A stretch of 64,000 nt of DNA from an uncultured Candidatus Poseidoniales archaeon (lineage in GTDB: Archaea > Thermoplasmatota > Poseidoniia > Poseidoniales > Thalassarchaeaceae). The notes below the pieces were generated by a model, which was not told the DNA's origin, did not search any database, and was given only the letters and a program-made list of their open reading frames with translations. Location: assembly GCA_964563355.1 (NCBI GenBank), contig CAZLVU010000003.1, forward strand, positions 773 through 64,772, read 5' to 3'. Position numbers and translations under genes: made by a program. Positions 8,524 through 17,977 of the stretch are shown one piece after another. How positions within the stretch are numbered: position 1 is the stretch's first letter; each line of letters opens with the position of its first letter.

Positions 8524-8953
8524 CGATTTGGTAGATGATGGCCCAAGCATCTTCACTCTCATTATCAAAGGAGAGATCCCGTGTCACAGGATTTACGAGG
8601 ATGAACACGTTTTCGCGTTCCTAGACATCAACCCATTCAGCCCCGGCCACACGCTCGTGGTTCCCAAGGAGCCTGCTAGGACTTTAGACGAGCTATCAGA
8701 GGATTCTGCCAAGGCAATCGGGAAGGTCCTTCCTAGAATCTCAAGGGCTGTACTCGAAGCAAGCGGAGCCACTGAATTTAACGTTCTCCAAAATAACGGT
8801 CCAAATGCTTTCCAAAGCGTCTTCCATGTCCACTTCCACATCATACCCAAGTTCGATGACGGGAGAGGACTCTCTTGGCCATTCAAGTCCCATCCAATAG
8901 ACCACGAAGATGGAGCCAGAATGGCGGCGGAGATTATACGACTGCTGAACTGA
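8507..8953 (+). CDS. HIT-family (histidine triad) nucleotide hydrolase/transferase
   Basis: FTLIIKGEIPCHRIYEDEHVFAFLDINPFSPGHTLVVPK plus the histidine triad HVHFHIIPK. The start is uncertain (TTG 8507 or TTG 8528). Confidence 0.85.
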   Translation: MQARGDDLVDDGPSIFTLIIKGEIPCHRIYEDEHVFAFLDINPFSPGHTLVVPKEPARTLDELSEDSAKAIGKVLPRISRAVLEASGATEFNVLQNNGPNAFQSVFHVHFHIIPKFDDGRGLSWPFKSHPIDHEDGARMAAEIIRLLN

Positions 8954-8995
8954 ACTCACGCTGAATATCAATACCCAAGACGGCGTCGGCCCCAC

Positions 8996-10471
8996 ATGTC
9001 AAGCGTGGAGCGGGCACCCAACATCGATCCGGTCCTCTCTAGTGGAGCAATGAAACTGAGAAAGAAGAAACTTGACAATCTGCCTTGGGATCATTCGGGA
9101 AGGCACCCGGGAAACCCCATTTTTTGGCGTGTAATCCTACTTATGCTCAAAGTTGCCTGGGATTACATTTTTCGAAGGAAACAAATTGACCAATTACCTC
9201 CTTTTGAAGGTGGAAGGATACTATCCTCAATGCACCTGAACGGGCTGGTTGACCCGCTTGCAATTGTATTCTCGCAGGATCGAAGAATCATTACGATGGG
9301 ACGCCATGATCTCATGACAATGCCCCTTGTGGGTTGGTTCGCTAGGAGGATGGGCTCCCAACCAGTTATCAGGAGGCCAGAAATCAAAGGAGGAGTCTCC
9401 AATGAAGAGTATGCTGTGGCCATAAATCATCGGACACTTCTAACAATGACCAACTGCATTGCAGCGGGCCATAATGCGGTAGTCATGCCCGAGGGTAAAT
9501 CCCATCAGGACTCCAGACTGCACAGATTCAAGACCGGCCCCATGAGGTTTGGAATCAATGCCGCGGCCATAGCGAGTCACAGGGACGCACCTCTCCCAGC
9601 GCTGCAACCAGTCGGACTGCATTACAGGAGACACTACTGGTTTAGGACAGACTTGTATGTAGAATTTCCAGAACCGATCCCAATTCCAACACCATCCGAT
9701 TTGGAACTGGGTAGGAGCCTGATTGAAGGAAAATGGGTGGAGCCCCCCTCTCTACAAGTCAACCAGCTCAGAGAGGAACTGTTTGATGAGCTCTCAATAA
9801 TCACCCCAGATGCCCCAGATTGGCAAACACATCGAGCATGGCACCTCATGGGACACGTCAGAGCGCTTGAATCCGGACGACGCCTCGAGAACTTCCGAGA
9901 AGAGGTACTCGCTGCTCGAGAAGTCAGGGGACTGGCTGTGGATGGCAGGATCACTGAAGCTACTGTGAAAGTAGCTCTCCAAGCCGCTGAAATTCTTGAC
10001 TCCAACGGACTCGACGGGCGTTCTCTGGATGCCGGTGGAATTAGGGAGGACAGGCCATGGCTGGGTTGTCTTGTCGGGCTCTCACTGATGGTTGCCACCG
10101 CACCGGTAGTCATACCGTCTACCGGTCTCCAGGCTGCAATAGCCTGGTATTTTGGGAATCGAACAGATGAAGGAATAGACGCCAGAACAACTTACCACAT
10201 GCTAGCGGCAATGTTCTCCCCCGTTCTCTTCTGGCCACCATTAGCGATTTGTGCAGCATACTTTGCTACGGGCCCCGGACTTGCCATGTTACCAATCGCA
10301 GCAATTGCGATGTTCATCACGCACCTCTTCAACCTAGTCTTCCTTAAGGGCTATGATCTGTGGACAGAATTCGACCACTCGTCTAGAAGGATCAAATTAA
10401 CCTCCTCCAGCGAATATGAATCACTACTTGAGATGCTTTCGGAAACCCGCTCTTCCCTCAACTTGCTCTAA
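8996..10471 (+). CDS. PlsC-family glycerolipid acyltransferase-like protein with a C-terminal multi-TM domain
   Basis: The acyltransferase blocks appear in order: MHLNGLVDP (His/Asp block), VGWFARRMGSQPVIRR (block II-like), VVMPEGKSH (PEG block) and FKTGPMRFG. The C-terminal hydrophobic segments are LVGLSLMVATAPVVI and AMFSPVLFWPPLAICAAYF...IAAIAMFITHLF. Confidence 0.6.
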   Translation: MSSVERAPNIDPVLSSGAMKLRKKKLDNLPWDHSGRHPGNPIFWRVILLMLKVAWDYIFRRKQIDQLPPFEGGRILSSMHLNGLVDPLAIVFSQDRRIITMGRHDLMTMPLVGWFARRMGSQPVIRRPEIKGGVSNEEYAVAINHRTLLTMTNCIAAGHNAVVMPEGKSHQDSRLHRFKTGPMRFGINAAAIASHRDAPLPALQPVGLHYRRHYWFRTDLYVEFPEPIPIPTPSDLELGRSLIEGKWVEPPSLQVNQLREELFDELSIITPDAPDWQTHRAWHLMGHVRALESGRRLENFREEVLAAREVRGLAVDGRITEATVKVALQAAEILDSNGLDGRSLDAGGIREDRPWLGCLVGLSLMVATAPVVIPSTGLQAAIAWYFGNRTDEGIDARTTYHMLAAMFSPVLFWPPLAICAAYFATGPGLAMLPIAAIAMFITHLFNLVFLKGYDLWTEFDHSSRRIKLTSSSEYESLLEMLSETRSSLNLL

Positions 10472-10499
10472 ATAGGAAGGTCCACCGCACGATATCTCC

Positions 10500-11126
10500 A
10501 TGGATGCGAGCGAGGCGGGCACGGCTATCGCGTCGTGGCTTCACAGTGAACGTCTAGAGACTCGTGAAGTAAAGGACCCTCAGGCAGCTCTCCATCTTCA
10601 TGTAAGGTACCCACCAACAAAGCAAGGCCACCTTTTCAACGTGGTAATTCCGAAGAACAGGAATTTGGCTTTGATATATTCAATCACCCGCGTTGATGAA
10701 GGCCAACAGCAGTCAATGAGGGAAATGGCTACTGAAGACTCAGAAGGATGGGAGGAGTGGCTTCACGACACCAGAATCAACCTAACATCTTCAGATTTAG
10801 ATTGGGTTCTACACGTCGGACGTGGAAATGGCCCGGGAGCAGGCCCACTTCAGGCGTTCAATCTCTCTAGACCAGTGTGGTTCGATGGGTTGACCCAGAA
10901 TGAGTTCATGCATGCAATGAGAAGGGTTTGGCTAACAAAACTCTCCATGATTCACCAAATTAAGTTCGGATTTGGTCCGGGTATGGGCAAACCCGGACCA
11001 GTGGACGACTGGCAGAACAAAGGAGCAAAGAGAGGGAAGGGCTCTTCCCAACCTAGGCTTTCAGATATCGATACCGATGAGACTGGCGGTTTCGGAAAGG
11101 ATTTCGACCCACTCGAATGGGCATAG
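10500..11126 (+). CDS. hypothetical protein (possibly YbjN/DUF2299-like fold) with a Gly/Lys-rich C-terminal tail
   Basis: 208-aa ORF with a clean ATG start. The N-terminal ~150 aa have the alternating pattern I associate with archaeal DUF2299/YbjN-like proteins, but that recollection is weak. The tail GFGPGMGKPGPVDDWQNKGAKRGKGSS looks disordered. Confidence 0.5.
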   Translation: MDASEAGTAIASWLHSERLETREVKDPQAALHLHVRYPPTKQGHLFNVVIPKNRNLALIYSITRVDEGQQQSMREMATEDSEGWEEWLHDTRINLTSSDLDWVLHVGRGNGPGAGPLQAFNLSRPVWFDGLTQNEFMHAMRRVWLTKLSMIHQIKFGFGPGMGKPGPVDDWQNKGAKRGKGSSQPRLSDIDTDETGGFGKDFDPLEWA

Positions 11127-11171
11127 CCGACAATTCATCGTTCTGGATTGCTATTGAGTGACCGCAAGGGG

Positions 11172-11185
11172 TTTAGATTAAGTAT
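11172..11185 (+). promoter_or_regulatory. candidate TATA box for the giant surface-protein gene
   Basis: The AT-rich TTTAGATTAAGTAT lies about 25-35 nt upstream of ATG 11208, which is consistent with an archaeal leaderless or short-leader promoter. Confidence 0.3.
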
Positions 11186-11207
11186 GCGATAACACCGAAC
11201 TCAACTA

Positions 11208-14200
11208 ATGCAGGGTAACTCATCCGAGCAGACCAGTATCCATACGACTAAGCTGGGTAGTTTGGGAATGGTTTCGCTGATGCTAATCAGCATTATTTCC
11301 GCCTTCGCTCCTTCTGCTACTGCTACTGACATAGTTCTCACTGATGCCATCCAAATCGTCCAGAGCGGAACTCATAATGATCGGATGCTGGCTTTGGATG
11401 CCGACTCTGGGGGGAACATACATGTCGTTTGGAGTAGGAATACTAACCACCTATACTACAAGATGCTAGATCCCAGGGGGGAGACTCTAATTGACCAAAC
11501 ACAGATTTCTGACCCCGGAGCTCACCGCGCTTGGCATCCTGACGTCAGAGTAGATCACGATGATATGGTTCACGTCGTTTGGGCGGATAAAGCTGGCCAG
11601 TACAAAATTATGTACACGGTCCTCGATCCGTCTCTGGATGACCAAAATGGGGACTCCTCAGTCGACTCAGTCATCTCGATCCTAACTTCTGATTACGAGG
11701 TCGCCAATAACCCCCAGAACCGTGACTGGCCCGCTATAGATGTAGATTCACAAAACAACCCCCACATAGTCTGGGAAGACTCCTTCGAGCCTCTTGAGAA
11801 GTTCTACCAACAGACTCAAATTTACTACAAGATGATGTCCATCGATCAAGTTGCCAGGTTGGCCATAGTTGAGATTGACGACACACTCCTAACACCAATC
11901 TTAGGACACAAGGGTCACCCTGACATAGCTATCGATGTTGACGACTTCGTCCAGATTGTCTGGGATGACACTAGGGGCGGCAAGGTCGAGATGGTCGTCC
12001 CAATCGACACGTCAGGCTCGATGAACACTGAGTGGGCTGATATGTGCGTCGTTTTCTATGGAGGGAACTTCGCCAGCGGCGGATACTTCCCGGGGCTCAA
12101 GCCTCTTTTGGTCAGCGCTAATATGACCGTCTACGAGACTCTCTATGCCCTCAGCGGCAACTGGCCTGCAGCATCTACAAGCGGGGCCTGCGCAAATGCT
12201 TACCAGACAGGTGGATCGGGTAGCCAAGGACCAAGGAACAACCCCCTCGGAATTACACCGGGAGACGACTCTGGAGGAATTAGGGAGCTGACTGAGGTCA
12301 TCTATAACAATCAGGCAGTGGACCTTCCAGCCGATGCGGGATACTACAGCGAATTCTGGGGGCCAGCTGCCACTTGGGCATGTCTTTCTTGGCGCGACAT
12401 CGCAGGCAGGGTACCAGGCAATCCCCCAACCACAGACGATCATCCCTGGAACCCCAATGCTACCAAGATTGTCATCCCGATCTCCGATGAGGGGCCGTAC
12501 GGCGGCACACCAATGGACAATGACGATACTCAGAGCATCAACCAAGCCCATGATGCATGCGTCTTGGCCGACATAATCCCAACCCCACTCTGGGCTGGAT
12601 CCGATACCTCCGTCGGCGGATACATGATGGACCTAGCTCAATGCCCCAGCGGATCCGGCCTAAACACTAGGACCTGCAATGGAGCGACAACCCGCCTCAC
12701 AAATGCTGGAGGTCAGATGTACAGCTTTCCCACCAGCTCCTCCTCATCCACCGAGCTGGAGATTATGGTTGAGGCTATGGTGTACCTTGCAACAAATAAC
12801 TCTAGAGAGATTTACATGACAGTGCTAGACCCCCTTTCTCTTCTTGAGAATCCCTGGCCAGGATGGGACCGTGGCGACTCAGGCACTGAGATTAACACCC
12901 AATTGGGCTACTATGCCGAGGATCTCGGACCTTCAGAGGACGAACAAGGCTATGGACATCTGGTAGTAGTAAACGACACTAGAATCACTATTGATGACGC
13001 GTATAGCCTACACCCATCCATTGCCATAGATACTTCCGGCAACACGCACCTTGCTTGGCAGGACGGCCGTGTTTACGGATTTGACATAGATGTGAACTAC
13101 GAGATATACTACACCAAACTACGTCTTCGTGGCTCTGCAGCATGGGACGGGGCATCATCGGGCCTTCCTACTTACGGAATCAAGCAGATTGCGGACGGAG
13201 CTATTTCGGAAGTAGAGGGAATAGAGGGAATTCCCGCTGAAAGGCCATTCGGTGCTAGCTCACACTTCCCAGCCATACTTACTGACTCTTTTGACAACGT
13301 CCACCTCTCATGGTTGGACAATTACAACGAGTCACAGGGTGAGACAGTGATGTACACTAGGCTGAATCACACCCATGATACACACCCTGATGGATTCCCC
13401 CTCAACTCCATTGCATCCGCGATCTTCGATCCGTGGGAGATTGTCCCTGTAACTGAATGGCAGTCCGACAAACTCGGCCCCAATTCTCCCCTCATCCCCG
13501 GCTTCGGAATGCCCCCAGCATTCGCCAACGACCTTGGTAGTGGGGCTCACATGGGTTGGTCGGATACAAACAAATGCAGCAAGGATGGAAACTCAAACAG
13601 GTATACGCTATGCTACGTCCACGTACTGACCGGACTAGTTGACATTTCACTTGCATGCGACGATAAGATACAGGCTAATCCTAACATCGAGGGATATCCG
13701 TATGATTGCCCCGCCGATTCTGAGACCTTCTACCACACAATTCAACCAGGAGACCTCACCACATTCAACTTGACAATAGCCAATCCAACCCCCGGCCCCA
13801 CAGAATTGGTGAAGGATACTTTCACCGTTACCGTGGGTGGCGTCCCCAATAACTGGACAGCCACTCTTTTCTTCACAACCAACAACACTCCCATTTTCGA
13901 CTCCACCCCCGTCTTCCTTGAGGGTGGTGAAATAGTTCCCATGTACATCAGAGTCAGGGCACCAACGATCTACCAAGCCAAACATGACGAGCTTGCCCAG
14001 ATCACCATTTTGGCAACTTCATTCAAGGACCCTGCTATTCGAAACCAACAGACCCTGCTTACCTTGATGGACGTAGTGCACGGCATTGAACTGGACACTA
14101 GCCACTTCCAAGTTGATGTCGAACAAGGAAAGTCTGCGGTATTCTCCATCTCAATCAAGAACACGGGCAACGTCTACGACACTTTCGCTTTCTACGACCC

Positions 14201-16364
14201 ATCCACTCTGGATGGACAGAACGAGTGGGCCTTGCCGTTTGGATGGGGAATAGACTTCCCCATGTCCATATCATTAGACCCCGGACAGTCTGTCACTAGG
14301 AATCTAAAAGTCACCGTACCTGATTCTCAGGACCCAGGAACTTTCGTAATCTACCTCAAGGGTTGGTCCACCGGTGAACCGGTCCTTTCCATCGATCGAG
14401 GAACTTTCGATGTTCTGGAACTCTGGATAAATGTTTCAATTAGGACAACTGGAAACGTCGTATTCGATATTGGAGACACAAAGCAATACGTATTGCCGGG
14501 GGAATGCGCAGCCTTCCCCATTCAGGTGACCAAGCACTTCACCCCGGGCTACATCGTTTTCACCACGCCGGGAGCTCCCGGGGAAAAACCGGAAAATTTC
14601 GATCTACTGACATGGCGAATCCAACACTGGACCGTCGAACTTGATTTCTCAGATTGGCCCGGAGGCCCTCAATCAGGTGACCAAGAAAAGTACTGGGTCC
14701 AACTCAACACGGTATACAGCGTTACAGCAATGATGTGCGCACCATTCAACGCGACAGCCGGGATTGGCGAATCCATTACTGTGAGGGCCCATTTAGACGG
14801 CTCCCCAAAGGTTCGAGATTCGGTGTTGATACTAACAAACGTTGTCCAGAGGTACGAACTAGAGGCAGAAGTCCCGAATACCATACTAGATTTGTATCCC
14901 GGCCAATCATATAAGATGGAAACCACCGTAGACAATCTTGGAAACGGACCTGATCGATATGACGTCTCAATAACCTCGATAGTTGATGAAAGTGGCCAGT
15001 CTCATGTGTGGGATATGAATATCCCAAGAATACTTTTCCAAGAATTGGATAGAGACGAGTCCCAAACCGTCCCGATCACAATCAACGTTCCCGACCAGAC
15101 CCTCGCCGGGCAGTACACAATTACTTTCAATGTCCTGAGCGAGGAGCCATTCGAAGGTACTCGGGTTCAGGATCAAATCATACTCCGAGTCAACATTATC
15201 GAATTCCACGATGTTCGAGTCACACTTGACCCATCCGTGGAGAGCAAGATCAAGACCACCGCTCCTAGCAGAATTGTGAGATTCACCCTAAATGTCACAA
15301 ATCATGGCAATGTTCCCGACCAGCCAACCATGCATAACCACACTGTCGACACACTGGGCGTCTGGGGTGTCAACCCCGGCCTTGGAGCTCTTAGCACATG
15401 GGAAATCGAGTTCGCCCTTCTAGAGGGATTCCGCACCGAGTACCCGCTCGAAGTTCCATGCGTGGAAACGGTACTGGGGGAAGCTCTCCCAGCGGATGGC
15501 TGCTTCCTAACTCCTGGACTTACAGTGACATTGCCAGAAATGGAACCTTATACAACCTTGCAACTAGTCGTAATAGTCACCATAGCACCCGATGCAGCCC
15601 TCCAAGACAGATATATTGGCATCAAGGCCCTATCGTCCTTCGGTTCGTCCGAACAGGGAGGAGATCACGATGAGACCCCTATTTGGGAGGATTCTTGCAC
15701 CCTTGACAATAACCCAAAGGATGGGATACAGGACAATTTCCCACCGAACTGCGATAACAATGAGCAGATTCTTGAACTCCGCCTTAGGGCACCAGATTTG
15801 ATTATCGAGGATGTGAAGGTAAGCGGAAGCGAAGGTGAAATCGGCGAGATGCTTTCAGTCAACGTCAAAGTTGTGAACCGAGGCAATGCCCACGCAGCTG
15901 ATGTGAACATCATCCTCTGCAAGGACCAGTCAGAGACCGACATCAAGAGGAATGGATGCGACGAGAGCAACATCGTCTATAGGCAGATCGTTAAGGCAAT
16001 AATGCCAATCGGGGAATCTGACTCCGAAGACCCCAATTCCATAACCTTGCTTTACATGGTGCAAGCCGGAAACCACGAAATCGTCGTCGTCGTAGATCCA
16101 GACAACAATATCGTGGAGACAGACGAGACAAATAACATCCAATCTGTTCCTGGGGGGGAGATGAGCTCAACCTGGGGGGCTTTGGACGTTGGAGTCAACG
16201 CTGTGGCGAGGTACTCGGTCCCGGTGATTATTGTTGGTGCTACCTTCTCCCTCGCCGGTGTCGCAGGATATGTGATTTATGGTAGGAGAATCGAAGCACT
16301 GGCTAGGTTCGCCGAGCTTAGCAGCCTTCTACCGGGTTCAGACGAAGAGGACCTGAAGTTCTGA
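11208..16364 (+). CDS. giant surface protein: signal peptide, seven propeller-like repeats with an inserted vWA/MIDAS domain, Ig-like/CARDB-like repeats, C-terminal TM anchor
   Basis: Signal/TM segment MVSLMLISIISAFAPSATA. The repeats follow H-[VI]-x-W...Y-x-[MT]-x-L-D (IHVVWSRNTNHLYYKMLD, VHVVWADKAGQYKIMYTVLD and others). MIDAS motif PIDTSGSMN. CARDB-like end VKVVNRGNAHAADVNIILC...VVVVDPDNNIVETDETNN. Anchor VPVIIVGATFSLAGVAGYVIYGRR. Confidence 0.8.
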   Translation: MQGNSSEQTSIHTTKLGSLGMVSLMLISIISAFAPSATATDIVLTDAIQIVQSGTHNDRMLALDADSGGNIHVVWSRNTNHLYYKMLDPRGETLIDQTQISDPGAHRAWHPDVRVDHDDMVHVVWADKAGQYKIMYTVLDPSLDDQNGDSSVDSVISILTSDYEVANNPQNRDWPAIDVDSQNNPHIVWEDSFEPLEKFYQQTQIYYKMMSIDQVARLAIVEIDDTLLTPILGHKGHPDIAIDVDDFVQIVWDDTRGGKVEMVVPIDTSGSMNTEWADMCVVFYGGNFASGGYFPGLKPLLVSANMTVYETLYALSGNWPAASTSGACANAYQTGGSGSQGPRNNPLGITPGDDSGGIRELTEVIYNNQAVDLPADAGYYSEFWGPAATWACLSWRDIAGRVPGNPPTTDDHPWNPNATKIVIPISDEGPYGGTPMDNDDTQSINQAHDACVLADIIPTPLWAGSDTSVGGYMMDLAQCPSGSGLNTRTCNGATTRLTNAGGQMYSFPTSSSSSTELEIMVEAMVYLATNNSREIYMTVLDPLSLLENPWPGWDRGDSGTEINTQLGYYAEDLGPSEDEQGYGHLVVVNDTRITIDDAYSLHPSIAIDTSGNTHLAWQDGRVYGFDIDVNYEIYYTKLRLRGSAAWDGASSGLPTYGIKQIADGAISEVEGIEGIPAERPFGASSHFPAILTDSFDNVHLSWLDNYNESQGETVMYTRLNHTHDTHPDGFPLNSIASAIFDPWEIVPVTEWQSDKLGPNSPLIPGFGMPPAFANDLGSGAHMGWSDTNKCSKDGNSNRYTLCYVHVLTGLVDISLACDDKIQANPNIEGYPYDCPADSETFYHTIQPGDLTTFNLTIANPTPGPTELVKDTFTVTVGGVPNNWTATLFFTTNNTPIFDSTPVFLEGGEIVPMYIRVRAPTIYQAKHDELAQITILATSFKDPAIRNQQTLLTLMDVVHGIELDTSHFQVDVEQGKSAVFSISIKNTGNVYDTFAFYDPSTLDGQNEWALPFGWGIDFPMSISLDPGQSVTRNLKVTVPDSQDPGTFVIYLKGWSTGEPVLSIDRGTFDVLELWINVSIRTTGNVVFDIGDTKQYVLPGECAAFPIQVTKHFTPGYIVFTTPGAPGEKPENFDLLTWRIQHWTVELDFSDWPGGPQSGDQEKYWVQLNTVYSVTAMMCAPFNATAGIGESITVRAHLDGSPKVRDSVLILTNVVQRYELEAEVPNTILDLYPGQSYKMETTVDNLGNGPDRYDVSITSIVDESGQSHVWDMNIPRILFQELDRDESQTVPITINVPDQTLAGQYTITFNVLSEEPFEGTRVQDQIILRVNIIEFHDVRVTLDPSVESKIKTTAPSRIVRFTLNVTNHGNVPDQPTMHNHTVDTLGVWGVNPGLGALSTWEIEFALLEGFRTEYPLEVPCVETVLGEALPADGCFLTPGLTVTLPEMEPYTTLQLVVIVTIAPDAALQDRYIGIKALSSFGSSEQGGDHDETPIWEDSCTLDNNPKDGIQDNFPPNCDNNEQILELRLRAPDLIIEDVKVSGSEGEIGEMLSVNVKVVNRGNAHAADVNIILCKDQSETDIKRNGCDESNIVYRQIVKAIMPIGESDSEDPNSITLLYMVQAGNHEIVVVVDPDNNIVETDETNNIQSVPGGEMSSTWGALDVGVNAVARYSVPVIIVGATFSLAGVAGYVIYGRRIEALARFAELSSLLPGSDEEDLKF

Positions 16365-16368
16365 TTCT

Positions 16369-17106
16369 TTACCTAGCCATCCACCAAGGGAGCGGAACCC
16401 CCTCCTTAGCTGCCACAAAGGCCCCCTTTGAGGCAGCGAAATCATGCATTAGCCTCTCTCGCAGAGCATCCATCATCCTCTCAGCGTGAACTGATTGAAT
16501 ACGCATTCCATGTGAGAATGCGTCCAAATCAAGCGGCCTCCTCGGATGCCTCATCATCGCTCGAGCAAGCTGCCTCTCTTCGTAAGAATCGGAGTGGTCT
16601 TCAACACTAGGGGAGACTTTGTGCATTACCTGCTGATGAAGAGCAATGATTGCGTCCCGTTGCTCATCAACCCTTTCCAAAGCCGAATCTAGCTCGGAGA
16701 GAATAGACATGGCATCGACAATGGGCAGCCTCCTCCTAGTCCCAATCTTCTCAATCACTCCGTCCAGTTCCCTAGGAAGCTTCCCTGACAGCTTTATTGC
16801 TCCTCCCCTAGGCATTTTCCTATGCTCTGCTCTGAACAAATCTGGTCCTAGGTCAAGACGAATTGAGAATGATTGGTTAACCCTGTAAACTTTCTTGGGG
16901 GGGCCACCCTTGTCCGATTTCTTCATCTCAGAGTCAACGAAGCCAGCGGTCTCGAGTACCTTCAGGTGCTTTACAACCGCTTGCTGACTAACATCCAGTA
17001 GTTCTGACAGTTGAAGTGGATAGTGCGGCTCCTTGACTAAGAACCTCAATATCTCTCTCCTAGTGGTGTTTTCAAGAATATTGAGAGACTCGTCGAAGCC
17101 AACCAT
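16369..17106 (-). CDS. ArsR-family winged-helix transcriptional regulator with a long helical C-terminal extension
   Basis: RREILRFLVKEPHYPLQLSELLDVSQQAVVKHLKVLETAGFVDSEMKK...KKVYRVN is a classic ArsR/SmtB-type wHTH. The ~150 aa C-terminal part is helical and charged. ATG 17106 preferred over GTG 17109. Confidence 0.7.
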   Translation of the reverse strand: MVGFDESLNILENTTRREILRFLVKEPHYPLQLSELLDVSQQAVVKHLKVLETAGFVDSEMKKSDKGGPPKKVYRVNQSFSIRLDLGPDLFRAEHRKMPRGGAIKLSGKLPRELDGVIEKIGTRRRLPIVDAMSILSELDSALERVDEQRDAIIALHQQVMHKVSPSVEDHSDSYEERQLARAMMRHPRRPLDLDAFSHGMRIQSVHAERMMDALRERLMHDFAASKGAFVAAKEGVPLPWWMAR

Positions 17107-17179
17107 CACTTACCAACCTGAGGTTGGGTAGTTAGGGCCCTCTAAAAACCCAATTGGAAATGCCGACAAGATGTCGGAG

Positions 17180-17941
17180 TTAGGATTGAGCATCATCCCA
17201 GCTCTTCCACTGCTGGTCCTCTTGATCCGGTTGGGTACTTTCATTGCTTGGACCAGTTGAAACAAACGGCCTTGGCACCCCAAAACCTTCCTCAATTTCG
17301 AGATCCCCCTCTTTTTGGGCCCGTACTGATTGAACTTTTTCCATATCAGTTAGAATCACACTACCATCCTGAATAACTAGAAACTGATCTGGAGCTTTGC
17401 GTTTATCGGTCCAAACAATTACGGCTAGGATGAGTCCCACCAACCCAATAGGCGCACCAAGACAGCACCCTATGTAGAATAGGTACAACCACGGATTGCC
17501 GTCGATCTCTTCTGCCAATTCAGTCTCGTCGACCAGCCAGAGTTGTAAATCTTCAGCATCATTGTGGAGGGTGTAGCCGCCAGATTCAACGGCTTCAAAG
17601 ATCCTGACAGGTGAGTAGATTGTAGAGCCATCTGAACCGGGCCTATCCGGGTCAAATGCACCAGCTCCTCTGCCCTCAATTTCTTCTCCGTTCCCACCGA
17701 ATAACCTAAGCTCTGCTTGGGGAACGCTACCTTCGTTGACTCTTAGGGCGACTAGCCTGGTGTACTGGTCAACAGTGAAATCTGACTCCTGACCCGGTTC
17801 AACTTTCACCAAGTAGTTAGATTCCGGATCGAACGTGCTCATTAGTGAGGGATATACCTGGAAAAGAGAAACAACGGCCAATAACAGCAGAAAGAAAGAC
17901 GACCCAGTGGCCCATCTAGCCCAAGTCCTCCTGCTCGCCAT
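17180..17941 (-). CDS. hypothetical bitopic membrane protein (N-terminal anchor, extracytoplasmic domain, second TM, acidic tail)
   Basis: The two TM segments are SSFFLLLLAVVSLFQVY and WLYLFYIGCCLGAPIGLVGLILAVIVW. No family recognised. Start at ATG 17941, or GTG 17959. Confidence 0.5.
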   Translation of the reverse strand: MASRRTWARWATGSSFFLLLLAVVSLFQVYPSLMSTFDPESNYLVKVEPGQESDFTVDQYTRLVALRVNEGSVPQAELRLFGGNGEEIEGRGAGAFDPDRPGSDGSTIYSPVRIFEAVESGGYTLHNDAEDLQLWLVDETELAEEIDGNPWLYLFYIGCCLGAPIGLVGLILAVIVWTDKRKAPDQFLVIQDGSVILTDMEKVQSVRAQKEGDLEIEEGFGVPRPFVSTGPSNESTQPDQEDQQWKSWDDAQS

Positions 17942-17977
17942 GCCCGGTCCTGCGGCCACTCATCTATCAGGATTGTT

